Below, piece after piece: positions 42,098-50,502 of a DNA stretch of 62,604 nucleotides. This stretch comes from Candidatus Multiplicimicrobium inquinatum (lineage in GTDB: Bacteria; Omnitrophota; Omnitrophia; Omnitrophales; Aquincolibacteriaceae). The first letter of the stretch is position 1, and the number at the start of each line of letters is the position of its first letter. The notes below the pieces were generated by a model that did no database searches, was not told the origin of the DNA, and saw nothing but the letters and a program-made list of their open reading frames with translations. Location of the stretch: NCBI GenBank assembly GCA_002344825.1, contig DDUN01000034.1, positions 15,171-77,774 of the forward strand, read 5' to 3'. Position numbers and translations under genes: made by a program.

Positions 42098-42169
42098 CAA
42101 GGTCGCAAAATGCGACCTTGATGTTCCACTTTGGAACATCAAGTATTAATTGGAAGTGCCAAATTGGCA
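42098..42169. repeat. Three consecutive hairpins downstream of the ORF6N gene
   Basis: CAAGGTCGCAAAATGCGACCTTG (42098..42120), GATGTTCCACTTTGGAACATC (42120..42140) and TGCCAAATTGGCA (42157..42169). The first shares its core with the upstream palindromes. Confidence 0.7.
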
Positions 42170-42205
42170 TCTCCATTCGGGGAGTAAAACGAAGATAAAA
42201 GAGAC

Positions 42206-42595
42206 TTAGTTGCCGGCTAAATCGCGCAGAATGTTGGCAAACTCTTTCTTTCTGAGCTTTCCATTTGCCATCGACAAGGTTGCGGAAAGAAGCATCTGCT
42301 TAGGGTCGTGAAGAGAAATTTCATTAATTTCTAAAAATACCAAAGCTGTGGCTAATGCAGTGCGCTTATTACCATCAACGCAGGGGTGGTTTTGACAGAT
42401 GTGAAAGGCATAAGCTGCAGCCATCTCAAATAAATCTTTGTGAAGAAACTCACCGCCAAAAGCCGACTCGGCTTGCGCAACAGCGGACTCAAGCGCGTTG
42501 ATGTCGCGAATATGCGGATCGCCGCCATAGCGAGCAATTTGATCCGCATGGATCTCAACAACTTCTGCCAAAGTCAAAAAAATCGGCTCTTCCAC
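42206..42595 (-). CDS. doc: Doc (death-on-curing) Fic-family toxin
   Basis: 129-aa ORF with an HPCVDGNKRTA Fic/Doc motif. Confidence 0.9.
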   Translation of the reverse strand: MEEPIFLTLAEVVEIHADQIARYGGDPHIRDINALESAVAQAESAFGGEFLHKDLFEMAAAYAFHICQNHPCVDGNKRTALATALVFLEINEISLHDPKQMLLSATLSMANGKLRKKEFANILRDLAGN

Positions 42596-42601
42596 GGAAG
42601 T

Positions 42602-42829
42602 TTACTTCGCGAGCTCTTTTAAAGTTTTTCCATGCCGCTTATTTACTTTAGCAAGCGCCTGTCGCATCCGCTTTTCACGGCCGGAGTCGATAACCGGTGA
42701 AATAATCAAATTCTTGCCGTCAGTTGAAACCTCAAGAGGCGTTTTCTGATCGATTTTCAGAATTTGCAAAATTGCCTTATCAATCACAAGTGCTGAGCTG
42801 TTGCCATGAGCCGTTAAGTGCTTAATCAT
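42602..42829 (-). CDS. AbrB/MazE-fold antitoxin, cognate to Doc
   Basis: 75-aa ORF 6 nt upstream of doc, with an N-terminal SpoVT/AbrB-like swapped-hairpin pattern (GNSSALVIDKAIL...L.VS.DG..LII.P). Confidence 0.75.
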   Translation of the reverse strand: MIKHLTAHGNSSALVIDKAILQILKIDQKTPLEVSTDGKNLIISPVIDSGREKRMRQALAKVNKRHGKTLKELAK

Positions 42830-42897
42830 ATTAACTTCCTTTGTTACTACAAAGTATATACACCGTTATAACCCCCGTCAAGCACGGGAATGACAAA

Positions 42898-43590
42898 TCA
42901 ACGGGCAGTATCTGACAAAACTTCGAGCCCTGCTCCAAAACTCACGATTCTCGAAGCAATCCCCTCGACCACAGCAGGCTCATGCGTAACAATCAACATC
43001 GTCATTCCCTCGCTCGCAAGATCGCTCATGGCGCGCACAATTTCGCCTTTCATTTCAGGGTCGAGACTGGAAGTAGGCTCATCAAACAAAATAGCTTTGG
43101 GTTTCATGGCAAGCGCACGGGCAATACCCACGCGCTGACGCTGTCCGCCGGATAATTGCTCGGGGTGAAAATTCGCTTTCTCTTCCAGCCCCACTTTCTT
43201 CAAAAGTTTTTGGGCGTCTTCCAACGCTTCTTCTTTTGATTTTCTCAAAACCTGAATGGGCGCCAACGTTAAATTTTCAATCACGGTTAAATGCGGAAAT
43301 AAATTGAAAAACTGAAACACAAAGCCAAGCTGAGTTCTGACAGCGCGAATCGTTTCGCGTTCTTTGCGGCGGTCGAGATTCGCGTTTAAAACATATTTGC
43401 CGACTTCAATACTGCCTTTCTGAAAAGGCTCGAGATAAGTCAGCGAGCGCAATAATGTGCTTTTACCGATACCGGAAGGGCCTTTAAAAACAATCACCTC
43501 GCCTGAATTGATATCTAAAGACAAATCGCGGATGATTTCGTTTTTTCCGTAACTTTTGCCCAAATTTTTAATTTTAATGTACGGAAGCAT
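42898..43590 (-). CDS. Amino-acid ABC transporter ATP-binding protein
   Basis: 230-aa ORF with Walker A GPSGIGKST, signature LSGGQRQRV and Walker B ILFDEPTS. It resembles GlnQ/polar amino acid transporters. Confidence 0.95.
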   Translation of the reverse strand: MLPYIKIKNLGKSYGKNEIIRDLSLDINSGEVIVFKGPSGIGKSTLLRSLTYLEPFQKGSIEVGKYVLNANLDRRKERETIRAVRTQLGFVFQFFNLFPHLTVIENLTLAPIQVLRKSKEEALEDAQKLLKKVGLEEKANFHPEQLSGGQRQRVGIARALAMKPKAILFDEPTSSLDPEMKGEIVRAMSDLASEGMTMLIVTHEPAVVEGIASRIVSFGAGLEVLSDTAR

Positions 43591-45046
43591 GCTTTTGGTT
43601 TTCCATTCTTCTCGACCACAAAGACAAAGGGAAGCTCATCAAAAAATAAAGCGCCGCGGTGGCGAGACCGAGCTCCAGAAAACGATAAGTCGTTGTCGCG
43701 GCGGTTGTGTACGCGCGCGTCAGTTCCATGACGGTAATAATAGAAACCAGCGAAGTATCTTTAAACAGCGCGATAAAATCATTGGTCGAAGGCGGCAAAA
43801 TAGTGCGCACAGCCTGCGGCACCAATACAAAGCGATGCGCCTGCCAGCCTGTCATACCAAGCGATCGGGCGGCCTCTTCCTGCCCCTTGGGAAGAGAAAG
43901 CAGCCCCGCACGATAGATTTCAGCCTCATAAGCCGCATAGTTAAACCCAAGCCCCAATACGGCCGCGGCAAAGGCCGGTAGCTGAATACCGAGATTGGGC
44001 AAGCCGTAATAAAGCAAATAAAGCTGAATGAGAAGCGGCGTGCCGCGCACGACCTCGACATACACATTGCAGACAGCGCGCACGAAAAAGTTACCGTAAA
44101 GTTTGCCCGCGCAAATCGCGGAACCAACAATGACCGCGATCGCCATCGACAGAAAAGAAAGAATTAATGTCATGCCCGCGCCCAAAAGCAAAAGCTTGCT
44201 GAATTTCATAACGGGATTTTTTTCATGCGCTCTTTTAACATCCCATTGTTTGGGGTCGGCAAGCTTATCTTGCTTTTCATTCCACATATTCCATTTAAGA
44301 TAAATTTCTTTGAGCTCGCCAGATTGAATCAACTGGATCAAAGCTTCATTGATTTTCATTTTCAATTGCGGTGAATCTTTGCGTACGCCCGCGGCGTAAA
44401 TTCCCTCGCCCGCGAGATCGGAAAGGTTCTTTAGTTTGGGATTACCCGCGGCATAAAACGCGGCGATGGGAACATCCATAAACACGGCATCGAGGCGACC
44501 GATTTCAAGATCACGGTAGGCTTCCACCGGTGAGGGATAACCGACGGCGGTGATGTTGCCATCGTCTTCGAGAATTTTATGCGCAAGCGTGGCGGAAAGC
44601 GTGCCGACTTTTTTTCCGTGCAAATCATTGAATGTGCGGATGGCATTATTTTCGGCGCGCACGGTAATTTGCTCTGAGAAAAAATAATACGGAATCGAAA
44701 AATCAATTGCGGCAAGGCGGTCTTGCGTTACTTCAAGGCCGTTAAACACGGCGTCAAAATCATCGCGCAAAAGCGCGGGAACCAGCTGATCCCATTGCAC
44801 GCTGACGAACTTGGCTTGAACACCCAGTTTTTTAGCGAGAGCTTCAACGAGATCAATTTCAAAGCCAATAAGGTTATCGGGCTGATCGGCATCGGGGAAA
44901 ACATAAGGCGCGCCGCCCGCGGCATCGCCACCCCAGCGCAATTCGCCTGTTTTCTGGACACGATCCCAGGCCTCTTCACTATGCGCAAGCACAGGAAAGC
45001 AAAACACCCACATTAAAAGAAAAATCAAATATCGTTTCATAGACAA
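43574..45046 (-). CDS. Fused amino-acid ABC transporter substrate-binding and permease protein
   Basis: 490-aa ORF with a signal peptide, a periplasmic family-3 binding domain, and a C-terminal HisM/GlnP-type permease carrying an EAA-like loop (EAARSLGMTGWQ). It overlaps the ATPase gene by 17 nt. Confidence 0.9.
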   Translation of the reverse strand: MSMKRYLIFLLMWVFCFPVLAHSEEAWDRVQKTGELRWGGDAAGGAPYVFPDADQPDNLIGFEIDLVEALAKKLGVQAKFVSVQWDQLVPALLRDDFDAVFNGLEVTQDRLAAIDFSIPYYFFSEQITVRAENNAIRTFNDLHGKKVGTLSATLAHKILEDDGNITAVGYPSPVEAYRDLEIGRLDAVFMDVPIAAFYAAGNPKLKNLSDLAGEGIYAAGVRKDSPQLKMKINEALIQLIQSGELKEIYLKWNMWNEKQDKLADPKQWDVKRAHEKNPVMKFSKLLLLGAGMTLILSFLSMAIAVIVGSAICAGKLYGNFFVRAVCNVYVEVVRGTPLLIQLYLLYYGLPNLGIQLPAFAAAVLGLGFNYAAYEAEIYRAGLLSLPKGQEEAARSLGMTGWQAHRFVLVPQAVRTILPPSTNDFIALFKDTSLVSIITVMELTRAYTTAATTTYRFLELGLATAALYFLMSFPLSLWSRRMENQKHASVH

Positions 45047-45183
45047 CGAAAATTATAGCTTAAAGGTCAAAGGTTAAATCTAAAAACCACAGTCCAAATC
45101 CCAAAACTGTCCAAGCCACCTTTAACTTTTGAGCTATAGTTCTAACCTTTGAGTTTTAACCTTAAACCTATTAGAATACGCCC

Positions 45184-45552
45184 ATGAGCACCGCCAAAAA
45201 TGTCCTCGGAACCGAACTTAAAAGCTGTTGCCAAGATCCCCTCACAGGCTTTTACCGCGACGGATTTTGCAATACCGGACCCGATGATCATGGCTTGCAT
45301 ATCGTTTGCATAGTCGCCACCGCGGAGTTTCTTGAGTTTTCAAAAGCACGGGGCAATGATCTTTCCACCCCTGTAGAAGAATGGGGTTTTCCCGGACTCA
45401 AACCGGGCGATAAGTGGTGTTTATGCGCGTTGCGCTGGAAAGAAGCTTATGACGCGGGCAAAGCGCCGCAGGTAGATTTGGAAGCCACGCATATTTCCGC
45501 TCTCGAACATCTCGATTTATCCGCTCTCAAGCAATTTGCCGTTCAGAAGTAG
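45184..45552 (+). CDS. DUF2237-family protein
   Basis: 122-aa ORF with the pattern NVLGTELKSCC.DPLTGFYRDGFC.TGP.D.G.H.VC typical of DUF2237. Confidence 0.8.
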   Translation: MSTAKNVLGTELKSCCQDPLTGFYRDGFCNTGPDDHGLHIVCIVATAEFLEFSKARGNDLSTPVEEWGFPGLKPGDKWCLCALRWKEAYDAGKAPQVDLEATHISALEHLDLSALKQFAVQK

Positions 45553-45553
45553 T

Positions 45554-45652
45554 TTACTTCTCGCAACATTTCTTTTTGCGCCGGTTTTTCCAAATCAAAT
45601 AAATTATTGCTGCGGCAACAATCCCTAACGCGATAACTTCCGAGATATCCAT
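45554..45652 (-). CDS. FeoB-associated Cys-rich small membrane protein (32 aa)
   Basis: Unlisted. Product MDISEVIALGIVAAAIIYLIWKNRRKKKCCEK has one TM helix followed by a basic, Cys-containing tail. It is the last gene of the feo cluster. Confidence 0.55.
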   Translation of the reverse strand: MDISEVIALGIVAAAIIYLIWKNRRKKKCCEK

Positions 45653-45655
45653 TTT

Positions 45656-45763
45656 TTATCCGCAACCTGGTGAGCCGTAATTAAAATCTTGTCCACACTT
45701 CGGGCATTCGCCTTTTTTAAAAGCCTCATCGTCAATTTCAGCTTTACAGTTGCGGCATTCCAT
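45656..45763 (-). CDS. Small zinc-ribbon protein (35 aa), translationally coupled to feoB
   Basis: Unlisted. Product MECRNCKAEIDDEAFKKGECPKCGQDFNYGSPGCG has two CxxC pairs. Its ATG overlaps the feoB TGA (TGATG). Confidence 0.45.
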   Translation of the reverse strand: MECRNCKAEIDDEAFKKGECPKCGQDFNYGSPGCG

Positions 45764-47733
45764 CAAAACCCCAGCAACTTACCTATCTGATGGACGGCGA
45801 ACGCGCCAAGCCATGCGAGCACGGTCATATACCCAACCATGAAAAGCGGCCAACCCCATCCGCCGGTTTCGCGCTTCACAATCGCCACGGTCGACATGCA
45901 TTGGCAAGCCAACACAAAGAAAACCATAATGCCCACGGCCACGAGCGGCGTATAAACAGGCTCGCCAGTAACAGGGTCTTTTTCCTTACGCAATGCGTCC
46001 ATTAAATCGACCGAATTTTCATCCGCTTCGTCGCCGACATTATAAATAATGGCGAGCGTACTCACTAAAACTTCACGCGCGGCGAAAGAAGAAACCAGAC
46101 CAATGCCGATTTTCCAATCAAACCCGAGCGGACGGATCACAGGCTCGATAAAATGCCCAAGCTTGCCCGCGAAACTGGCTTTCAGCTGTTCACTCGCCTC
46201 TTCATGGTCGATCAGGTGCAATTTTGTTTTTAAATCATCGGCCTGCATCGACTGCGCGGCGTCTTTGCGCTGAACTTCATAACGGAAAGCAATGTCGGAA
46301 CTTTTCGGATAACTCGCCAAAAACCAAAGAATGATCGAAAGCACAAAAATCGTCGTTCCCGCGTTTTTGATAAATTCGCGGCCGCGATCCCACATGACTA
46401 ACAGCACATTTTGAAAACGCGGCACGCGGTATGGCGGCATTTCCAGCAGAAACGGCGTACGGTTGCCTTTTAAAAGCGTCTTTTTAAAAATAGCGGCAAC
46501 GGTTAAGCCCGCAAAAATACTGAGAAAATACATCGCAAAAAGCGTTACGCCTTTGAGATTAAAAATTCCAAAAACTTTTTCCGCGGGAATAAACGCGCCG
46601 ATCATCAGCGCGTAAACGGGCAAGCGCGCACTGCAGCTCATAAGCGGTGCCGTCATAATCGTGGCAATGCGATCATTTTTGTCGGGAATCGTGCGGGCCG
46701 CCATAATGCCCGGAATTGCGCAGGCAAAAGAACTGAGTAAAGGCAAAAAGGCTTTCCCGTTTAGCCCCACTTTTTTCATAAGGCGGTCGAGCACAAACGC
46801 GGCGCGTGCCATGTAACCGAAGTCTTCAAAAAATGCGATAAAGAAAAACAGGAGGAAAATCTGCGGCACAAAAACGATCACATTGCCTACACCGGCAATC
46901 ACCCCATCCACAACCAAACTTTCCAGTTGTCCGTCGGGAAGAATATTCGCCGCAAATCGCCCCACCATATCGACACCATTTGAAATCAAATCCATCAGCG
47001 GAGTTGCCCACGAGAAAATCGACTGAAAGATCACGGCCATCACGGCGCAGAAAATAATCCAGCCAAAAAAAGGATGCGTTAAAACATCGTCGATTTTATG
47101 TGAAAGCGTTTTGACGGCAATGCCGGGCTCTTTCACAAACCGGGCGGTCAGCTCATCCACTTTTTGATAAATTTCGGCCGGGGTTTTGCTCGTCACATCA
47201 AAAGGCAATACCGGGCGCCGGGGCTGATTCAATCCGGCCGTAATCGCACGCCGCAACCCTTCAATTCCGATACCCAAAGCACCTTCAGTGACAACCGTTT
47301 CCAAACCAAAAGTGTTTTTGATTTGCTCCAAATCAATCTGCTTACCGCTTTGCTGAGCCTCGTCCCACATATTTAAAACCAAAATCGCGGGCAACCCGGA
47401 TGCCATCACTTGCAACGCGAAATAAAGATTACGGCTGAAATTATTCGCATCCATCACGATCACGATTAAATCGGGTTTTTCCGCGCCGTCCTGCTTGCCT
47501 TCCAAAACATTGCGCACAATTTCTTCGTCGGGAGATTGCGGATGCAAACTGTAGGCTCCGGGTAAATCAAAAATATCGGTATGATCAGCGCCCTTAAGTC
47601 TGCCCCATTTTTTTTCGACCGTAACGCCGGGATAGTTCGCGGTAGTGTGGCGCAGACCGGTTAAAGCATTAAAGAGCGTGGTTTTGCCCACATTGGGATT
47701 GCCGAGCAAAGCGACGGTTTGGATGTGGCTCAT
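45763..47733 (-). CDS. feoB: Ferrous iron transporter FeoB
   Basis: 656-aa ORF with an N-terminal G-domain (GNPNVGKTTLFNALTG) and a C-terminal polytopic membrane domain. Confidence 0.95.
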   Translation of the reverse strand: MSHIQTVALLGNPNVGKTTLFNALTGLRHTTANYPGVTVEKKWGRLKGADHTDIFDLPGAYSLHPQSPDEEIVRNVLEGKQDGAEKPDLIVIVMDANNFSRNLYFALQVMASGLPAILVLNMWDEAQQSGKQIDLEQIKNTFGLETVVTEGALGIGIEGLRRAITAGLNQPRRPVLPFDVTSKTPAEIYQKVDELTARFVKEPGIAVKTLSHKIDDVLTHPFFGWIIFCAVMAVIFQSIFSWATPLMDLISNGVDMVGRFAANILPDGQLESLVVDGVIAGVGNVIVFVPQIFLLFFFIAFFEDFGYMARAAFVLDRLMKKVGLNGKAFLPLLSSFACAIPGIMAARTIPDKNDRIATIMTAPLMSCSARLPVYALMIGAFIPAEKVFGIFNLKGVTLFAMYFLSIFAGLTVAAIFKKTLLKGNRTPFLLEMPPYRVPRFQNVLLVMWDRGREFIKNAGTTIFVLSIILWFLASYPKSSDIAFRYEVQRKDAAQSMQADDLKTKLHLIDHEEASEQLKASFAGKLGHFIEPVIRPLGFDWKIGIGLVSSFAAREVLVSTLAIIYNVGDEADENSVDLMDALRKEKDPVTGEPVYTPLVAVGIMVFFVLACQCMSTVAIVKRETGGWGWPLFMVGYMTVLAWLGAFAVHQIGKLLGF

Positions 47734-47966
47734 ACCGCGATCACCGGGCTGACAAGAATTTGACGGGCATCTTCTTTACGGATGGCGAGGCTGTAGCCGC
47801 GGACAATGATTTCAAGCGGATCGCCCAGGGGCGCAAAGCGTTTTAAAAGCACGCGCGTGCCGGGCACGATGCCAAGCTCCATGAGCCGTTCCTGCAAAAG
47901 GCTGTTACCCTGCTGAAAGCCCGTAATCACGGCCTGATCTTTAATTTTAAGGTCGGTCAGAAACAT
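47730..47966 (-). CDS. feoA: Ferrous iron transport protein FeoA
   Basis: The track ORF extends to 48017. The likely start is the ATG at 47966 (MFLTDLKIKDQAVITGF...). The product is an SH3-like FeoA pattern ending ...GDPLEIIVRGYSLAIRKEDA. It overlaps feoB by 4 nt. Confidence 0.85.
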   Translation of the reverse strand: MFLTDLKIKDQAVITGFQQGNSLLQERLMELGIVPGTRVLLKRFAPLGDPLEIIVRGYSLAIRKEDARQILVSPVIAV

Positions 47967-48062
47967 AAACCTATTCCGTAGAGAGAAAAAAGAGCCAATT
48001 AAGATTAAATCCGACACATTCTAGGGGGTGAAAGGCCTTCTGGCAAGACAGAGACAGGATGA

Positions 48063-48533
48063 TTATGAATGCGACAAATCGTCGGAAAGCTCGTTACGGT
48101 CGCCGGCAATAGAGGGGAAATGCGCCGCCAGCGGCTGACCCAGAGTCTGAATCGCGCGGGACACACCTTCCAGAAAAAGCCCTTTGCGAAAATCAGCTTC
48201 CATCACTGCCGTCGTATCGGCCCAAAAACCCTGCGGTACGCGGGAATCAATGCCCTTATCCCCCAACACGGCAAACTCATGCGTGTCGGTGCAAATAAAA
48301 ATAAGCACGCCATTACGCGCGCCGGTTTTCGTCATGCCGATTGCTTCAAACGCGGCGCGAGCCTGCGTCATCAAGTCCATTTTCAAATTTCTTCTTTCAA
48401 CATGCACACGCAGCTCCGCCGAAGTTGATTTTTCTAATTCCGAAATAACTTCGCTGATTTTCAGCTTCTCTTTCTTCGAGAAAAAAAACTTCGGCGAGTC
48501 ATCCCTGTCCGGCAGCCATTGAAATTTCAACAT
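48063..48533 (-). CDS. TPM-domain protein
   Basis: 156-aa ORF with patterns such as ELRVHVE...NGVLIFI typical of TPM/TLP18.3 phosphatase-like domains. Confidence 0.75.
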   Translation of the reverse strand: MLKFQWLPDRDDSPKFFFSKKEKLKISEVISELEKSTSAELRVHVERRNLKMDLMTQARAAFEAIGMTKTGARNGVLIFICTDTHEFAVLGDKGIDSRVPQGFWADTTAVMEADFRKGLFLEGVSRAIQTLGQPLAAHFPSIAGDRNELSDDLSHS

Positions 48534-48721
48534 CTTATAATCTCTCTATTCTTCAGTGCGAGTTTACGAGCACAAATCTATTACAGACAAAGTTCCGCTT
48601 ACCTGCCTAACATTCCACGCCGACGGGGCGACCGAAGCAGAAACAGTCTTCATGCGAGTTATGCGCCGTAAGGACGCATCTGTCTGAGCAGGAAGACTGG
48701 TTCTGTCTGGGAGTCCTTGCA

Positions 48722-49519
48722 CTACCATCTGCCACTCGCCCCGCCGCCCCCAAAACTTCCGCCGCCTCCCGAAAACCCTCCTCCGGAAGATCCGCCGCCG
48801 CTCGACCATCCGCGACCGCCGGAACGCAAAGAGCTTTCGATTACGATTCTGAGAATAAACCAAAAAACAGCAAAAAGGAAAAACCACTCCCAAAAGCCGT
48901 ACCGTTTCGCGGACGAATGAGTTTGCGCGTAAAAACCGTAACGAATCAAATCAACGCCGAAAATAATTCCCGCAATGATGAAAAAAATATAAAAGGCCGC
49001 GCCATTATTCTCCGGCACAGCGGTTGTCATGGGCTGATATTCACCGCGCGCGGCATCTATAATCGCCCTCACACCTTCATAAATTCCCCGCTCATAATCT
49101 CCGGCACGAAAATGCGGAACCACATCATTACGGATAATTTGACTGCTCAGCAAATCCGTCAAAACGCCTTCTAAACCGTATCCGACTTCAATACGCATTT
49201 GACGGTCATCGCGAAAAACAACGAAGAGTACGCCGTTATCGCGGTCTTTTTGTCCGATTTTCCATTTTTCGGCGATGCGGATGGAAACATCTTCCAGCGA
49301 AGAACCACCCAGTGTCGGGAAAATGGCGAGCACAATTTGATTCGAAGTTTCTTTTTCGTACTGACTTAAAACGCTTTCGATTTGAACACGGATTTGCGGG
49401 GAAAGAAGTCCGGCATGATCGGTCACATAGCCGTCCGGCTTTTCGGGAATTTGAAATTCAGCCCAGAGAGATGAGGCAAACAGCCCAACCGCAATGAGAG
49501 TAAAGCAGATGCGTCTCAT
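48722..49519 (-). CDS. TPM-domain protein (YgcG-like) with a TM anchor and a Gly-rich tail
   Basis: 265-aa ORF with a signal peptide, a TPM domain (YVTDHAGLLS...NGVLFVV...), two TM helices and a GGGSSGGGFSGGGG tail. Confidence 0.85.
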   Translation of the reverse strand: MRRICFTLIAVGLFASSLWAEFQIPEKPDGYVTDHAGLLSPQIRVQIESVLSQYEKETSNQIVLAIFPTLGGSSLEDVSIRIAEKWKIGQKDRDNGVLFVVFRDDRQMRIEVGYGLEGVLTDLLSSQIIRNDVVPHFRAGDYERGIYEGVRAIIDAARGEYQPMTTAVPENNGAAFYIFFIIAGIIFGVDLIRYGFYAQTHSSAKRYGFWEWFFLFAVFWFILRIVIESSLRSGGRGWSSGGGSSGGGFSGGGGSFGGGGASGRW

Positions 49520-49562
49520 TTAAATTGGCTTCAGCGGTTGAGACGAAGTCTCAGAGCCATTA

Positions 49563-50159
49563 TTAAAACTGTACCTGCGGAGCTTTCTCGGCGCCTTTGT
49601 CGGCCTCAAAGTAAGTTTTTTCTTTAAAGCCCATCCAGCCGGCGAGAATTACCGTAGGAAAAGTGCGGCGCAAAGTATTGAAAGACTGCGCTGCCTCATT
49701 GTAGCGGCCTCGCTCAACCGAAATACGATTTTCGGTGCCTTCGAGCTGGGCCTGTAAATCGAGAAAATTCTGATTGGCTTTTAAATCAGGATAACGCTCC
49801 GACACCATTAAAAGGCGGGAAAGAAAAGAAGTGAGCTGCCCCTGTGATTCCTGAAACTTTTGAAACGCTTCGGGGTTATTCACCACATCGGAAGTGACAT
49901 TCATCTGCCCGACACTCGCGCGGGCTTTGGTGATGCCTTCGAGAGTTTCTTTTTCATGTGAAGCATACCCTTTCACCGTTTCCACCAAATTGGGAATCAA
50001 ATCTAAACGGCGCTGATAAACATTTTCAACCTGCGACCAGGCTTTCTTCACATTTTCTTCGGAAACAACGAGTTTGTTGTATGTTCCGCCAAAAATCGAA
50101 AAGAACAAAACGCCAAGCAAAACAACAATTCCAAGCCCAATCAATAATCCCTTTTTCAT
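49563..50159 (-). CDS. lemA: LemA-family protein
   Basis: 198-aa ORF with an N-terminal TM helix and the motifs YNKLV, VENVYQRR, DLIPNLV and FPT.ILA. Confidence 0.95.
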   Translation of the reverse strand: MKKGLLIGLGIVVLLGVLFFSIFGGTYNKLVVSEENVKKAWSQVENVYQRRLDLIPNLVETVKGYASHEKETLEGITKARASVGQMNVTSDVVNNPEAFQKFQESQGQLTSFLSRLLMVSERYPDLKANQNFLDLQAQLEGTENRISVERGRYNEAAQSFNTLRRTFPTVILAGWMGFKEKTYFEADKGAEKAPQVQF

Positions 50160-50203
50160 AAATCACCTCTTTGATAAGTAAAAAAACGAAGCTGTATTAT
50201 ACC

Positions 50204-50502
50204 CTAGGTCGTGTTGACATTGTTTATGCATTGGCGTTGTGAGCGCCATAGCCGACTTCTCCCAGGCGTGACGACGAAAGCTTGTCCGATGCGACAAGTC
50301 GAGGAGGAGCAACGCCGGAGAATCGGCTATGCCGCCACAACCCGATCTATTCCTACTTTGGGGGACAGGACGGGTTGCTACGCATCACTGCGTCTCTCGG
50401 GTCGTCGACGCACCGCAAAGGGTGCGCCTTCCTCCTCGTTCCTTGCGCTGCTTGCAAGCCGTTCCTGTCGCCAGCGCAGAAACAATATCAACACGACCTA
50501 AG
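50204..50502. ncRNA. Unclassified, highly structured GC-rich element (candidate ncRNA or cis-regulatory leader; strand uncertain, minus slightly favoured)
   Basis: A 20-bp closing helix pairs 50205..50224 with 50481..50500; its one mismatch becomes G-U on the minus strand. A helix of about 27 bp pairs 50236..50262 with 50317..50341, with two bulges. Nested hairpins occur at 50281..50298, 50380..50393, 50409..50426 and 50444..50478. GAGGAGG (50301..50307) is complementary to CCTCCTC (50431..50437). All three plus-strand frames are open only because of composition, and none looks like a protein. Confidence 0.4.

Noticed and set aside
50204-50502. I considered RNase P RNA, tmRNA, SRP RNA and 6S RNA as identities for the structured element.
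   Set aside because: Neither strand has the RNase P P4 signature (GAGGAAAGUCC with ACAGAA...) or tmRNA ends with a tag ORF. There is no SRP helix-8 GGAA/AGCA motif, only a vague AAGCAGC..CAAGG resemblance. The element is multi-branched, whereas 6S RNA forms a rod. I therefore left it unclassified.
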